Below, one piece after another: positions 31,090 to 41,082 of a stretch of 64,000 nucleotides of DNA (positions are counted from its first letter, which is position 1; each line of letters starts with the position of its first letter). The stretch covers positions 32,001-96,000 of the forward strand of contig OY759726.1 in assembly GCA_963662625.1 (NCBI GenBank), read 5' to 3'. The notes under the pieces are model-generated. The model was not told the origin of the DNA and did not search any database. It saw nothing but the letters and a program-made list of their open reading frames with translations. Position numbers and translations under genes: made by a program. The DNA comes from Nitrosopumilus sp. Lineage in GTDB: Archaea; Thermoproteota; Nitrososphaeria; Nitrososphaerales; Nitrosopumilaceae.

Positions 31090-33583
31090 CGCCGAACTCC
31101 CGCCTCATCGACTCCAGGAAGCGTGAGTTTATCCTTATCCGCTCGAGCATCTGGGCCTGCGTGCGCTCCGTGCCGGGGGCGGGGTTCCTGTCGAAGAACT
31201 CCCTTATCTCCCCCTCCATGCCGGCGTCTGCCACCGACGAGATGCTCGCGACTATCCTGTTGAGCAGCGGGTTGCCGTGCCCCACCTTCCCGCTCAGGCC
31301 CTTCCAGTTCCTGCGGAGCCACGGCCACAGCACCTTCCTGCCGGAGGGGTTCGCCGCCACCTTCATCACGGGGAGCTGCATGTTCTGCGAGCGCACCTCG
31401 TCCGTCCGCGAAAAGTCCAGGGTCTTCCTCAGCAGCGGAGCGTCCCGGAAGCCGCACATGGCGCCGAGGAACCGGAGCTTCTCCTCCATGGTCCCCGCGC
31501 GCCGGTACAGCCCGGTCAGCTGGGAGTGCACCTCGCGGCCCCCGTTCCACGCCGCGACGGAGCACACGGGCTCCACCAGGTCCGCCGCGAGCGACCGCGG
31601 GGACCTCAGGAACCCCGCGTACCTCCTGGCGGCCTCGGCGGTCACCTGCCTGTCGCCCATCCTGCCCAGGGCCGACACCACGTACCCCCTGAGCAGCGCG
31701 TCGGTGTGCCTGTCGGACCCGCGCGGGTCCCACCCCAGGCGGCGCAGGAGGTGCCTGAGGTAGTGGAGCGGGTAGGTGAGTATCTCCTGCGCGAACTCCT
31801 CGCCGTACGCCCTGAAGTAGAGGGACGCGAGGTTGCCCGCGACGTTGACCGACGCCAGGTAGCTCTCCTCCCCGTAGTACGCGTCGGCAAAGTCGAGGTA
31901 GTTCCGGACGCGCTCGCGGCCCGACACGCACAGCGAGTAGAGGTCGTTCTGCACCGCCCACCTGTCGATGGCCGGGATCCTCCTCTGGTCGACCAGCATC
32001 TTCAGGTCGAGCAGCGTCCCGTCGTCGTACTTTACCCGGTAAAAGCCGTACCGGCCGTAGTTTGCCACGAACCCGGGGGCCCCCTTGGGGAGGGTGGCGG
32101 TCCCGGACCTCCCTGCGAGCATCGTCCTCGTGACGCTGCCGGGCAGCCCCAGGGACACCGGGACGCGCCACAGGCCCCCGGCCCGCCCCCCGCCGGGCTC
32201 CAGCGTGTACCGCCCCTGCCTGAGCGACAGCCGCCTCCCCTTCTGCCCGATCTCCACCAGCGGGAACCCGGGCTGCGAGAGCCACGAGTTCACCATGGGG
32301 CCGACGGGCATCTTCGAGGCCCTGCCTATCGCGTCCCAGAGGTCCTGCCCCCTCGCGTTGCCGTACTTGAAGTCCCGGAGGTACTTCCTGAGCCCCCGCC
32401 GGAAGTTGGGCTCCCCGACGTAGTGCTCCAGCATCCTCAGGACGCAGCCGCCCTTGTCGTAGGATATGGCGTCGAAGATCTCCCGTATCTCCGCCGGCGA
32501 GTCCACCTTGACGTCTATCGGGTGGGTGGACTTTAGGGCGTCGAGCCCCATGGCCGTGTTCATCGCCGTCTCGACGAACTGGTCCCACAGGTCCCACTCC
32601 GGGTGCATCATGTCGACGAACTTCGTGGCCATGAACGTCGCGAAGCTCTCGTTGAGCCACAGGTCGTTCCACCACTCCATGGTGACCAGGTTGCCGAACC
32701 ACTGGTGCGCGATCTCGTGCGATATGACCTCGGCGATGAACTGCTTGGTCCTGGTGGACGACGTCGCCGGGTCGTAGAGCAGTATGGTCTCGCGGAACGT
32801 TATCGCGCCCCAGTTCTCCATGGCTCCCGCGGCAAAGTCGGGCACCGCGATCAGGTCCAGCTTGGGCAGCGGGTACCGTATCCCGAAGTACTCCTCGTAG
32901 GCGGCCAGCAGCCTCTTGCCCAGGTCGAGGGAGAACCTGCCCTTCGACTTGTTGCCGCGGGTCGTGACCACGCGGACGCGGGTCCTGCCGGCCCTGCCCG
33001 AGACGTACTCGAACTCCCCCATCCCGAGGTACACCAGGTACGTGGACATGACGGGCGTCCTCTCGAACCTGTAGGCCGTCTTCCCCCCCGCCCTGCGCGC
33101 GGAGCGCACGGGCATGTTGGATATCGCGTCGAACCCCCTCGGCGCTATTATGGTTATGTCGAACGTCGCCTTCGCGGCGGGCTCGTCCCAGCACGGGAAC
33201 GCGCGCCTCGCGTCGGCCGCCTCGAACTGCGTGGTCGCCAGGAACCTGGTCCTGGACCCCTGCCTGTACCGGCTGCGGTAGAACCCGAGCAGCCTGTCGT
33301 TGAGGGCCCCCCGGAACTCCACGCGTATGGCGGCCCTGCCGCTGATCTTCCGGCCCAGCTTGATCCGCAGCTCCTCCTTCCCCTCGTCCGTCTCCGCGGC
33401 GCACGGCACGTCCTTCCCGCCCGCCGTCACCCGGCAGGACAGGATCTCTATCTCGGCGCAGTGCATCCTGATCGTGCCGGTGGGCCTCGCGCACTCCACC
33501 GTGATCTTCTCCCTCCCGCCAAACACCGCCTTGGCCAGGTCGGGCTCGAACTCGAGCTCGTAGTTCTTCGGGGTTACGTCCAC
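31082..33583 (-). CDS. pepN: M1-family aminopeptidase N
   Basis: 'GAMENWG', 'HEIAH-x18-E', 'YDKG'; GTG 33583 chosen as start. Confidence 0.93.
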   Translation of the reverse strand: MDVTPKNYELEFEPDLAKAVFGGREKITVECARPTGTIRMHCAEIEILSCRVTAGGKDVPCAAETDEGKEELRIKLGRKISGRAAIRVEFRGALNDRLLGFYRSRYRQGSRTRFLATTQFEAADARRAFPCWDEPAAKATFDITIIAPRGFDAISNMPVRSARRAGGKTAYRFERTPVMSTYLVYLGMGEFEYVSGRAGRTRVRVVTTRGNKSKGRFSLDLGKRLLAAYEEYFGIRYPLPKLDLIAVPDFAAGAMENWGAITFRETILLYDPATSSTRTKQFIAEVISHEIAHQWFGNLVTMEWWNDLWLNESFATFMATKFVDMMHPEWDLWDQFVETAMNTAMGLDALKSTHPIDVKVDSPAEIREIFDAISYDKGGCVLRMLEHYVGEPNFRRGLRKYLRDFKYGNARGQDLWDAIGRASKMPVGPMVNSWLSQPGFPLVEIGQKGRRLSLRQGRYTLEPGGGRAGGLWRVPVSLGLPGSVTRTMLAGRSGTATLPKGAPGFVANYGRYGFYRVKYDDGTLLDLKMLVDQRRIPAIDRWAVQNDLYSLCVSGRERVRNYLDFADAYYGEESYLASVNVAGNLASLYFRAYGEEFAQEILTYPLHYLRHLLRRLGWDPRGSDRHTDALLRGYVVSALGRMGDRQVTAEAARRYAGFLRSPRSLAADLVEPVCSVAAWNGGREVHSQLTGLYRRAGTMEEKLRFLGAMCGFRDAPLLRKTLDFSRTDEVRSQNMQLPVMKVAANPSGRKVLWPWLRRNWKGLSGKVGHGNPLLNRIVASISSVADAGMEGEIREFFDRNPAPGTERTQAQMLERIRINSRFLESMRREFGDG

Positions 33584-33732
33584 GCCATGGTTGCGCCGGA
33601 AGGCTTTATGTAGATTTAGGATCCGCCGCGCGGGAGGGGCGCGGCTCCCGCGGCCCGGCGCGGCGCCGGGCTTGGGGACGCCCCGACAGAAAATCAAATA
33701 AACCCCGCCGCGCCATAGATGGCAGGCACACG

Positions 33733-34155
33733 ATGAAGCAAAAGGCTGCACCGAGGAGCATCAAGGTCCTCGTCGCGAAGCTGGGGCTGGACGGCCACGA
33801 CAGGGGGGCGCTCGTCCTCTGCAGGGCGTTCAGGGACGCTGGGATGGAGGTGATCTACTCCGGGCTGTTCGCCACCCCCGAGAGGATCGCCCAGATCGCC
33901 GAGGACGAGGACGTCGACGCGGTCGCGATGAGCCTGCTGAACGGGGCCCACGGGACGCTGTTCCCGAGGGTGGTAAAGGCGCTCAGGAAGAAGGGGCTCG
34001 CCGACGTCCTGGTGGTGGGCGGCGGGGTCATCCCGGAGGTGGACCACGCGCGGCTGGTAAAGTCTGGGGTGGACCACGTGTTCGGCCCCGGCACCCCGCT
34101 GCCGGCCATAATCGACCACGTGACGCTCGGGGTGTCGAGGCTGAGGAAGATCTAG
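33733..34155 (+). CDS. Methylmalonyl-CoA mutase small (cobalamin-binding) subunit
   Basis: 'KLGLDGHDRGA', 'GGGVIP', 'FGPGT'. Confidence 0.93.
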   Translation: MKQKAAPRSIKVLVAKLGLDGHDRGALVLCRAFRDAGMEVIYSGLFATPERIAQIAEDEDVDAVAMSLLNGAHGTLFPRVVKALRKKGLADVLVVGGGVIPEVDHARLVKSGVDHVFGPGTPLPAIIDHVTLGVSRLRKI

Positions 34156-34284
34156 CGCCGTTGCATCGCCGGATCCGGCGTCGGGCACCCCCATACCGAC
34201 GGCAAGGCGGGGAGGCTCCGCCGGGAGATCCGGCGCGAGCCGCACGGGTCCGGGGAGATGGCGGGGGGCTTTGGTCTGAAGCAG

Positions 34285-34394
34285 GGTGGCAAGGCTGGCA
34301 CTTTTAGCATGTTATTTCCAGGTTCAGGAAGGCGCCGAAGATCATCGAGCACGTCAGGTAGCAAGGCTGGCACTTTTAGCATGTTATTTCCAGG
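34285..34394. repeat. Two direct repeats (34-bp exact, 38-bp with one mismatch), 72-bp period
   Basis: GCAAGGCTGGCACTTTTAGCATGTTATTTCCAGG at 34289-34322 and 34361-34394. Confidence 0.9.
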
Positions 34395-34448
34395 GTTGGC
34401 CGCGGGCAAGGCCGCGATCTTTGTTGGTGCCGGGCGTGCCTAACTGCA

Positions 34449-34910
34449 GTGACTCGCAAAAAAAGCAAGGGGGCTGATCCTGTAAAACCATCCGAGGCCC
34501 TTGCAAAAGACCCGCGGGAGAAGACGGCGTTTTATGATGCGCTGCCAAGGTCTGGAACCAGCACGCATTCAAACGCGCAAAGATTTCGCAGCAGGACATC
34601 CAAATCGGACGAGTGCGAAGTACGCCTTGGAAGGCTGCAGCGTGGCGGGCGCGGCAGGCCAACGCAAAGGGTGGTCGGCGTGAGGCCGGGGGTCGATCTG
34701 GTTCAAATGAGCGTGAAGGGGGACTTTGACGCTGAAATCCTAACCACGGGCGATGGCGATTTCCCGCATGCCGTGGAAAAGGCTCTGGAAGTTAGCGCGA
34801 AGGCCAAGCTGGCCTATTTCCCAGGCTCGCCAATCAACGAGGAATTTCGACGGCCTTTTGACGGATGTGGGATTCTTCATGACGCATTGTTAGGTGCGTG
34901 CGAGCTGTGA
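34449..34910 (+). pseudogene. Degenerate NYN/LabA (PIN-fold) domain protein
   Basis: 'FYDALP', 'VRLGRLQ', 'GVDLVQMS', 'ILTTGDGDF..AVEKA'; lacks the N-terminal 'DGxN/Y' motif, and the QKGVD motif is decayed to QRVVG. Confidence 0.6.
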
Positions 34911-35122
34911 TGCAGGATCACTTATGAGCAAAAACTTAGCCCCGGATCTGTACTGTAGCGACGCGCGTAAGCCCACGGGATCAATTTTGTCAGACCGAGA
35001 CGCATTTTGATCGCGGCGTCCCGCGCAAGCCATGGCCACAACCGCGCCGGAAGATCCCGGGAAGGCGCGCAAAAAAGGGAAGGGCCAGAACCAGCCCCGG
35101 CCGCAGCGCATCCGTCTTCGCG

Positions 35123-36121
35123 CTACTCGGTCGAGCCGGGCCACATCATCTTCCGCATCTCCCTGCCGACCTTCTCGATCTGGTGCCCTTCGTACCGCCG
35201 CATGTGCCTGTCAAACGAGTCCCTGCCGCTCTTCCCGTACTCCGACACCCACTCGTCGTTGAACGTGCCGTCCTGGATCATCGCGAGGACCTTCCTCATG
35301 TTCTCCTTGCTCGCGGCGTCCATCACCATCGGGCCGCGCGTCAGGCCGCCGTACCTGGCTGTCTCGCTGACGCGCCTCCACATCCCGTTTATCCCGTACC
35401 TCTGGATCATGTCCACGATGAGCTTCAGCTCGTGCAGCACCTCAAAGTAGGCGATCTCCGGCTGGTAGCCGGCCTCGACCAGCGTCTCGAACGCGTTGGT
35501 GACCATCGACGCGGCGCCGCCGCACAGGTCGGCCTGCTCGCCGAACCAGTCGGTCTCCACCTCCTCCTTGAAGGTGGTCTGGATCAGCCCCGCGCGGGCG
35601 CTGCCTATGGCCTTGGCGATCCCCAGGGTCCTGTCCCAGGCCTTCCCGGTAAAGTCGCGCTCCACGGCCACGATCGACGGGGTCCCGAAGCCCTCGAGGA
35701 ACGTCTCGCGCACCTTGGATCCCGGCCCCTTGGGCGCCACCATGATCAGGTCGACGTCGCCCGGGGGCTCTATCCACTTCCAGTGGATCGCCGCGGCGTG
35801 CGAGAACGAGAGCGCGTTCCCCTCGGAGAGGTTCGGCCCTATCTCTTCCCGGTACGCGCGGCCCTGGACCATGTCGGGGATCAGCACGTGGACTATGTCC
35901 GCGCCCCTCACGGCGTCTGCCACGGGCGCCACCCTGTGGCCGTCGGACTCGGCCGCCTTCCAGCTGCCGCCGCCCTCCTTGAGCCCCACGGTCACGTCCA
36001 GGCCGGAGTCCTTCATGTTGTTTGCCTGCGCCCTGCCCTGGATCCCGTACCCGATTACCGCTATCGCCTGGCCCCTCACGGGGTCGAGGCTGATGTCCGC
36101 GTCCTTCCACGTCGTCGCCAT
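35123..36121 (-). CDS. ilvC: Ketol-acid reductoisomerase
   Basis: 'IGYGIQGRAQA.N', 'MVAPKGPG', 'EVETDWFGEQ.LCGG', 'AYFE..HE', 'SETARYG'. Confidence 0.96.
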   Translation of the reverse strand: MATTWKDADISLDPVRGQAIAVIGYGIQGRAQANNMKDSGLDVTVGLKEGGGSWKAAESDGHRVAPVADAVRGADIVHVLIPDMVQGRAYREEIGPNLSEGNALSFSHAAAIHWKWIEPPGDVDLIMVAPKGPGSKVRETFLEGFGTPSIVAVERDFTGKAWDRTLGIAKAIGSARAGLIQTTFKEEVETDWFGEQADLCGGAASMVTNAFETLVEAGYQPEIAYFEVLHELKLIVDMIQRYGINGMWRRVSETARYGGLTRGPMVMDAASKENMRKVLAMIQDGTFNDEWVSEYGKSGRDSFDRHMRRYEGHQIEKVGREMRKMMWPGSTE

Positions 36122-36298
36122 CAGGGATCACTGGCGATTACTGCAAATATTAACTATTGAGTTCCGGGGCGCCGGCGGCCTAGAGCTCGGCCTCCCTCCC
36201 GCACCGCCTGCACCTCACCCTGACCCCCGGCCCGGGCAGCCTCTCGAACCGCTTCGAGCCGCAGCCGGGGCATATGGGGCACGCGCGCGCGGGCTTCA

Positions 36299-36829
36299 TC
36301 AGTGCTCCGTCGGCCTCGTGTCGGACCCGGAGATCGCCTCCAGGCGCCCCCGGCCGCCCGCCTCCCGGATCATCCGGGCCACGGGGGGAGGCACCAGCCC
36401 CTCCCAGTCGCCGCCAGAGGCGATCTTGGCGCGGATGCCGCTTGCGTTGTACCTCCCCCTGTCCAGGAAGTCCGGCCTGGCCACCTCGATCGACGAGTCG
36501 GCAAGCAGCATCGAGACGTAGCCGTTGCCGCTGTACACCCTGTCAAACGACGGCAGCGCGGCCCTGAGGTACGAGGCCCACGTCGCGATGTTGGGCTGGT
36601 TCTCGACTGCCGTTATGAAGCACCTCGAGAGCGGCAGCCCGGCGTCCAGGAGCGACGCGTGCACCATCTCGAGCCGCTCGCCGGCGGTGAACGGGTCCTT
36701 TTCCATGTAGTTGAACTGCGCGCTGGTGACCGCGATTATGGCCTCGTCGCACTCCGAGAGCACCTGCCTTGCCAGGTCCAGGTGCCCCAGGTGGAAGGGC
36801 TGGAACCGGCCCATCATCAGTCCCCGCAT
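36299..36829 (-). CDS. nadM: Nicotinamide-nucleotide adenylyltransferase
   Basis: 'GRFQPFHLGH', 'PFTAGERLEM'. Confidence 0.92.
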   Translation of the reverse strand: MRGLMMGRFQPFHLGHLDLARQVLSECDEAIIAVTSAQFNYMEKDPFTAGERLEMVHASLLDAGLPLSRCFITAVENQPNIATWASYLRAALPSFDRVYSGNGYVSMLLADSSIEVARPDFLDRGRYNASGIRAKIASGGDWEGLVPPPVARMIREAGGRGRLEAISGSDTRPTEH

Positions 36830-37351
36830 GGGTTTGGGTGAGGCTTGATTTTATTAAAACCAGCCTATTTGGCGCCGCGCGGGGCCGCGCGGCCGGCCGG
36901 GGGGCGAAGCCGGCAGGGACGGTGCTGCGCACCGGCGGATCACGGTCGCCGGGACGGGCGATCGCCTAGCGCGATCACTGCGCAACGCGCCAGGCATTTT
37001 TGGGCCTGCCCCGGCCCGCGCGGGCCGGACCCGGCTCCGGCGCCTCAGCCGCGCAAGATGAGGCAGGTTTTGTGGCTTTTTTGGCGGGTTTTTATCCTCG
37101 TCTGGCCGTTTCTCTTCAAATCAATGGTCTTTTGCCTGCCATTGAGCGCTGCCAGGCATTTGGCGAAGAGGCCGCCGCGGCCGGCCAAGATGTCTCTTTC
37201 GCGTTCGATTCCTGCCGGATCGCATTCTGGGAACGCGGCGCCTACGGCGCCCATGCCGACGCGGCGGCCTCCGTACAGCATTTCCAGGTCCCCGCATGCG
37301 CGTGGCCCGGATCCTTCGGTCAAGGAATGCTGTCACGGTGGTTTGGACGGT

Positions 37352-37660
37352 TCAACGGGGAACCGGCGGCGGGGCCTGCCCTAATTGATCTGTTGCGGTT
37401 TGGATCGCTTCCTGCCGCCGTAAAGACCGGAATTGCCGCCCAAGTTTAATCATCGAAATGCCGCCGGCGATCATACAAATGCCTATCAAGAGATTGGCAA
37501 AGATCAGGTAATCGCCGCCTTCAAAATCGACAGGGGGGGTGACCGAGGCGGATGTCATGGCACCATATAGAAACACGAACAGCATGATCGGAAATGCCCA
37601 CAAAAAGTACGCGGATGCCACAATCAGAACGACGCCCAGCGCTCGAGGGTATTTGCTCAT
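37352..37660 (-). CDS. Small hypothetical membrane protein (lower GC)
   Basis: Two hydrophobic segments; ATG 37660. Confidence 0.55.
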   Translation of the reverse strand: MSKYPRALGVVLIVASAYFLWAFPIMLFVFLYGAMTSASVTPPVDFEGGDYLIFANLLIGICMIAGGISMIKLGRQFRSLRRQEAIQTATDQLGQAPPPVPR

Positions 37661-38510
37661 AAATAAAAAAGCTGCCAGGTAGCAAGCAGCGTTACCCCTG
37701 TCCAACCTAGTTGCGTTGTTTTCCCGTTCGGCCTTTCGTACTCGTTAGTGGTCGTGATCAGCGTTAATCTGTCTGGACCAAATGCGTCGCAATTGATTGC
37801 GTCAAAGGTTTCAGAACTGTTGCTTGTCTTCAGCGTGCATATTTGTGTTTTTATGGGGCCGTTGCCCGGAATTGCGGCAGCCAGTACGTAATGTGTCTTT
37901 TTTGTCTCTTCATGCTCTATTGTTTCACACGTTCGGCTCCTTCGCTCTTTGAATTTCTTGTCCATTTCATCAGGATGTGTGAATTCGCCTGAAATTTCAG
38001 CAGTTCCATCCGTGTATGATATTAGCGTGGATTTTGCGTTACCATATGCGTATTTTTTGTCTTTACAGTCGTATTGTGATTGCCGATGCCAGTTCTTTTT
38101 GTACACGTCTATGGTTTCCCCTGCGATTTTGCAACATCGCCCGATGGCTCCGTTACGTTTTCGCTGTCTGGTTGCTTTGGATAGGTGTCTTCCAGCAGTC
38201 GTGTCAGGTTATTGATTTTCTCTAGTCGCAGTTGCTCCGTTTCATAACCCTCATCTGGTTTGTCTGACTGTTCAGAAGTTATGATTATTTCTTTGGCAAT
38301 GACCAGCCTGTCAGGTGATTTCTGCAACCCGGTTCTTTGTTCAGAATCTGCATTTTCGATTGCTTGCAGATATGTTGCTATCGCCGAGTTTATTTCTTCG
38401 ATGTCAGTGGCCCCGTCGGATCCAGACGCGGCGTTCATGGTACTGAACGGCAGGATCATCGCAACGATCAAAGTGGCAAACAGGATTGTTTTCGAGTTTT
38501 TTCCCGCCAT
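37657..38510 (-). pseudogene. Secreted hypothetical protein, apparently split by a frameshift near 38110
   Basis: Thaumarchaeal-type signal peptide 'KTILFATLIVAMILPFSTMNAA'; two abutting ORFs in different frames (38109-38510, 37657-38106); low GC. Confidence 0.5.
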
Positions 38511-38620
38511 TGCGTGGGGTTACTCGCCTTCGTTATATAGCAATTGACATCTGTTTGCGGCGTGCCTTTTGGGCGTGAAAACGCAGGAAGCCGCCGGCGC
38601 GGGCCGCCAGCGCCCCGGGA

Positions 38621-39364
38621 TCACGGGAACGACTCCAGCACCGCCGCGTAGCTCGCGAACCTGTGGTTCTCCGGGACGACCCTCACGTCGCGGTACCTGG
38701 GCATCGCCCTGCCCGACGCGCCGCGGAGCCCGAGGGGGGGCCACGCGAGGCCGGCCCCGCCCGCCGCGGAGAGGACCTCGTCGGCGGGGCTGTAGTAGTT
38801 GACCACCTCCCCGGCCACCACCAGGCCCAGGTTCCCCGAGTGCCCCGGGGACGACGGGACGCCGCTGGGTATGGACGCGCCGAAGAGGTGCACGCTCTCT
38901 ATCGCACCCCGGTTGCCGGGCCTCCTCGCGAGCCGCTCCACGGTGCTCAGTATCACCTGCGATCCCAGCGAGTGGCCCAGCAGGCGGATCCTCGTGCCGG
39001 GGCTGGCCGCCCTGAAGTCCTCCACGAACAGCGAGAGGTTGCGGCCGTTCTTCGCGGCGATCCTCTGCCCCGCCGCGAGCGCGCGCCTCGCGTGCCGGGC
39101 CAGGTGGGCGCCCCTCGTGTTGGAGTCGTAGCTCAGCCCCACCACGGGGTGGCGGTAGCCCAGCTCCGCCAGCCTGCCCCTGGCGATCTCCACCTTGTCG
39201 GCTGCCCCCCTGCTGTCGTTTCTCAGGCCGTGGATCATTATCGCCAGCTCCCCGGATCCCACGAGCCCCGCGAAGGCCCGCCTCGGGTACAGGTAGTACC
39301 TGTTCCTCTTGAGCGTCCTGCCCGTCGTCAGGTCGTAATAGCCCCGGGTCGACACCCTGGGCAC
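38621..39364 (-). CDS. Alpha/beta hydrolase (DUF726/DUF900-like)
   Basis: 'IHGL', nucleophile elbow 'GHSLG', 'YYSPADEVL', C-terminal His; GTG 39364. Confidence 0.85.
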   Translation of the reverse strand: MPRVSTRGYYDLTTGRTLKRNRYYLYPRRAFAGLVGSGELAIMIHGLRNDSRGAADKVEIARGRLAELGYRHPVVGLSYDSNTRGAHLARHARRALAAGQRIAAKNGRNLSLFVEDFRAASPGTRIRLLGHSLGSQVILSTVERLARRPGNRGAIESVHLFGASIPSGVPSSPGHSGNLGLVVAGEVVNYYSPADEVLSAAGGAGLAWPPLGLRGASGRAMPRYRDVRVVPENHRFASYAAVLESFP

Positions 39365-39372
39365 GGCGCGCC

Positions 39373-41031
39373 TCACGGCCGGCGCCGCCCCAGGCGGCCC
39401 TTGTGCACCTCGATGTCCTGCGGCTCCACCCTGGCAAACAGCGGCGACGGCGTCCCGATGCGGCGGCCGGGCTCCATGCCGCAGTCGGACATGTCGGCCC
39501 ACCCGCGGTCGGCGACGCCCCCCTCCAGCCCCAGCTGCCCCCAGATCCTCTGCGACGACCCCGGGATGAACGGGTACAGCGCTATGGCCAGGCTCCGCGC
39601 CGCGTTGACCGAGAGGTAGACGCAGTTGGCGGTCCCGGGGCCGCCCTCCCACGGCTTTTTGTGCTGGAAGTACTGGTTGAACGAGGAGGAGAACTCCATG
39701 GCCCCCCTGAGCGCCCGGTCCAGGCGGTTCTCCCGCATCAGCGGCTCCAGCCGGCCCGCGAGCGACCCGATCCTGGACTCGGCGTCCCTGTCGGCGCCGT
39801 CGGGCTCCCCGGGCTCGGGGACCACCCCGCCGAACGCCTTCCTGGCGAACCCGAGCGCGCGGTTCACGAAGTTCCCCGCGTTCCCTATGAGCTCCGAGTT
39901 TATCCTGGCGGCAAACTCGTCCCAGTCGAAGTTCAGGTCGTCCTGGGAGTACGGGTTGATGGCGACCAGGTAGTACCGGAGGTAGTCGGCCGGGTAGTAT
40001 CCCAGGAACTCCTTCAGCCCGATGTACCAGTTCCTGCTCTTCGATATCTTCCGCGACTGCAGCGTGAGGTAGCCGCGCGTCGGGATGTGGTCGGGTAGCT
40101 TGTACTCGCGCCCGATCCCCATCCGTACCGCGGGCAGGAACAGGTAGTGGTGGTACGCTATGTCCTTGCCGATAAAGTGGTAGATGTCCGCCGAGTTCCA
40201 GAACTCCTTCCCGTCCACCCCCCGGCCCCTGAGGAACTCCACCGCGGAGGTCATGTACGCCAGGTGGTTGTCGAACCAGCCGTAGAACACCTTCCCCCCG
40301 GCCCCGTCCAGCGGGACGGGCACCCCCCACGGGATGTCCCGCGTGATGTCCCAGTCGATCAGGCCCGACCCTATCCAGTTCTGGACGTACTTTTTGACGT
40401 CCTTCTGGAGGTTCTGGTTCCCGTCGAGCCACTCCGACAGCTCGCCCCCGAAGTCCTTCAGCCTGAAGAAGTAGTGCGTCGTCCTCTCCTTGGTGGGCGG
40501 GCGGCCGCAGATCGAGCACCGCGGGTCCGAGATCTCCTCCGGGACGCGGCCGCAGTCCTCGCACAGGTCGGAGTACTGGTCGGCCGCGCCGCAGTGGGGG
40601 CACGTGCCCTTGACGTACCTGTCGGGGAGGAACTTCCCGTCGTTGGCGCAGTAGAACTGGATGATCTCCCTCTCGTACACGTGGCCCGCCGAGCGCAGCT
40701 TCCTGAAGACGTCCTGCACGAAGGCGGCGTGCTCGGGCGAGCTGGTCCTGTGGAAGTAGTCGAAGGCGATGCCGAACGCCGCAAAGTCCTCGCGGTAGCG
40801 CCCGTTCCAGTACCTGACGTACTCCCCCGGATCCCTGCCCTCCTTCTCGGACTGGATGAGGATCGGGGTGCCAAAGTCGTCTGACGCGCAGACGTGGTAC
40901 GCCTCGACCCCGGTCATCCTCAGGAACCGGGTGGTGACGTCGGCCGGCAGGTACGTGGAGGCGACGTGCCCCAGGTGGATCTCCCCGTTGGCGTAGGGCA
41001 GCGCGCTGGTCACTATGGCCTTCCTTCCCAT
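39373..41031 (-). CDS. metG: Methionine--tRNA ligase
   Basis: 'ALPYANGEIHLGH', zinc knuckles, 'KISKS'. Confidence 0.96.
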   Translation of the reverse strand: MGRKAIVTSALPYANGEIHLGHVASTYLPADVTTRFLRMTGVEAYHVCASDDFGTPILIQSEKEGRDPGEYVRYWNGRYREDFAAFGIAFDYFHRTSSPEHAAFVQDVFRKLRSAGHVYEREIIQFYCANDGKFLPDRYVKGTCPHCGAADQYSDLCEDCGRVPEEISDPRCSICGRPPTKERTTHYFFRLKDFGGELSEWLDGNQNLQKDVKKYVQNWIGSGLIDWDITRDIPWGVPVPLDGAGGKVFYGWFDNHLAYMTSAVEFLRGRGVDGKEFWNSADIYHFIGKDIAYHHYLFLPAVRMGIGREYKLPDHIPTRGYLTLQSRKISKSRNWYIGLKEFLGYYPADYLRYYLVAINPYSQDDLNFDWDEFAARINSELIGNAGNFVNRALGFARKAFGGVVPEPGEPDGADRDAESRIGSLAGRLEPLMRENRLDRALRGAMEFSSSFNQYFQHKKPWEGGPGTANCVYLSVNAARSLAIALYPFIPGSSQRIWGQLGLEGGVADRGWADMSDCGMEPGRRIGTPSPLFARVEPQDIEVHKGRLGRRRP

Positions 41032-41082
41032 CCCTGTCAGTCCCGCCCGAGGGCTTAAGAAGCTTCTCAAGCGCCGCTGCGG

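Noticed and set aside
34323-34356. Spacer resembling the 3' end of the adjacent mutase small-subunit gene (16/22 nt)
   Set aside because: Too short and too weak to distinguish from chance
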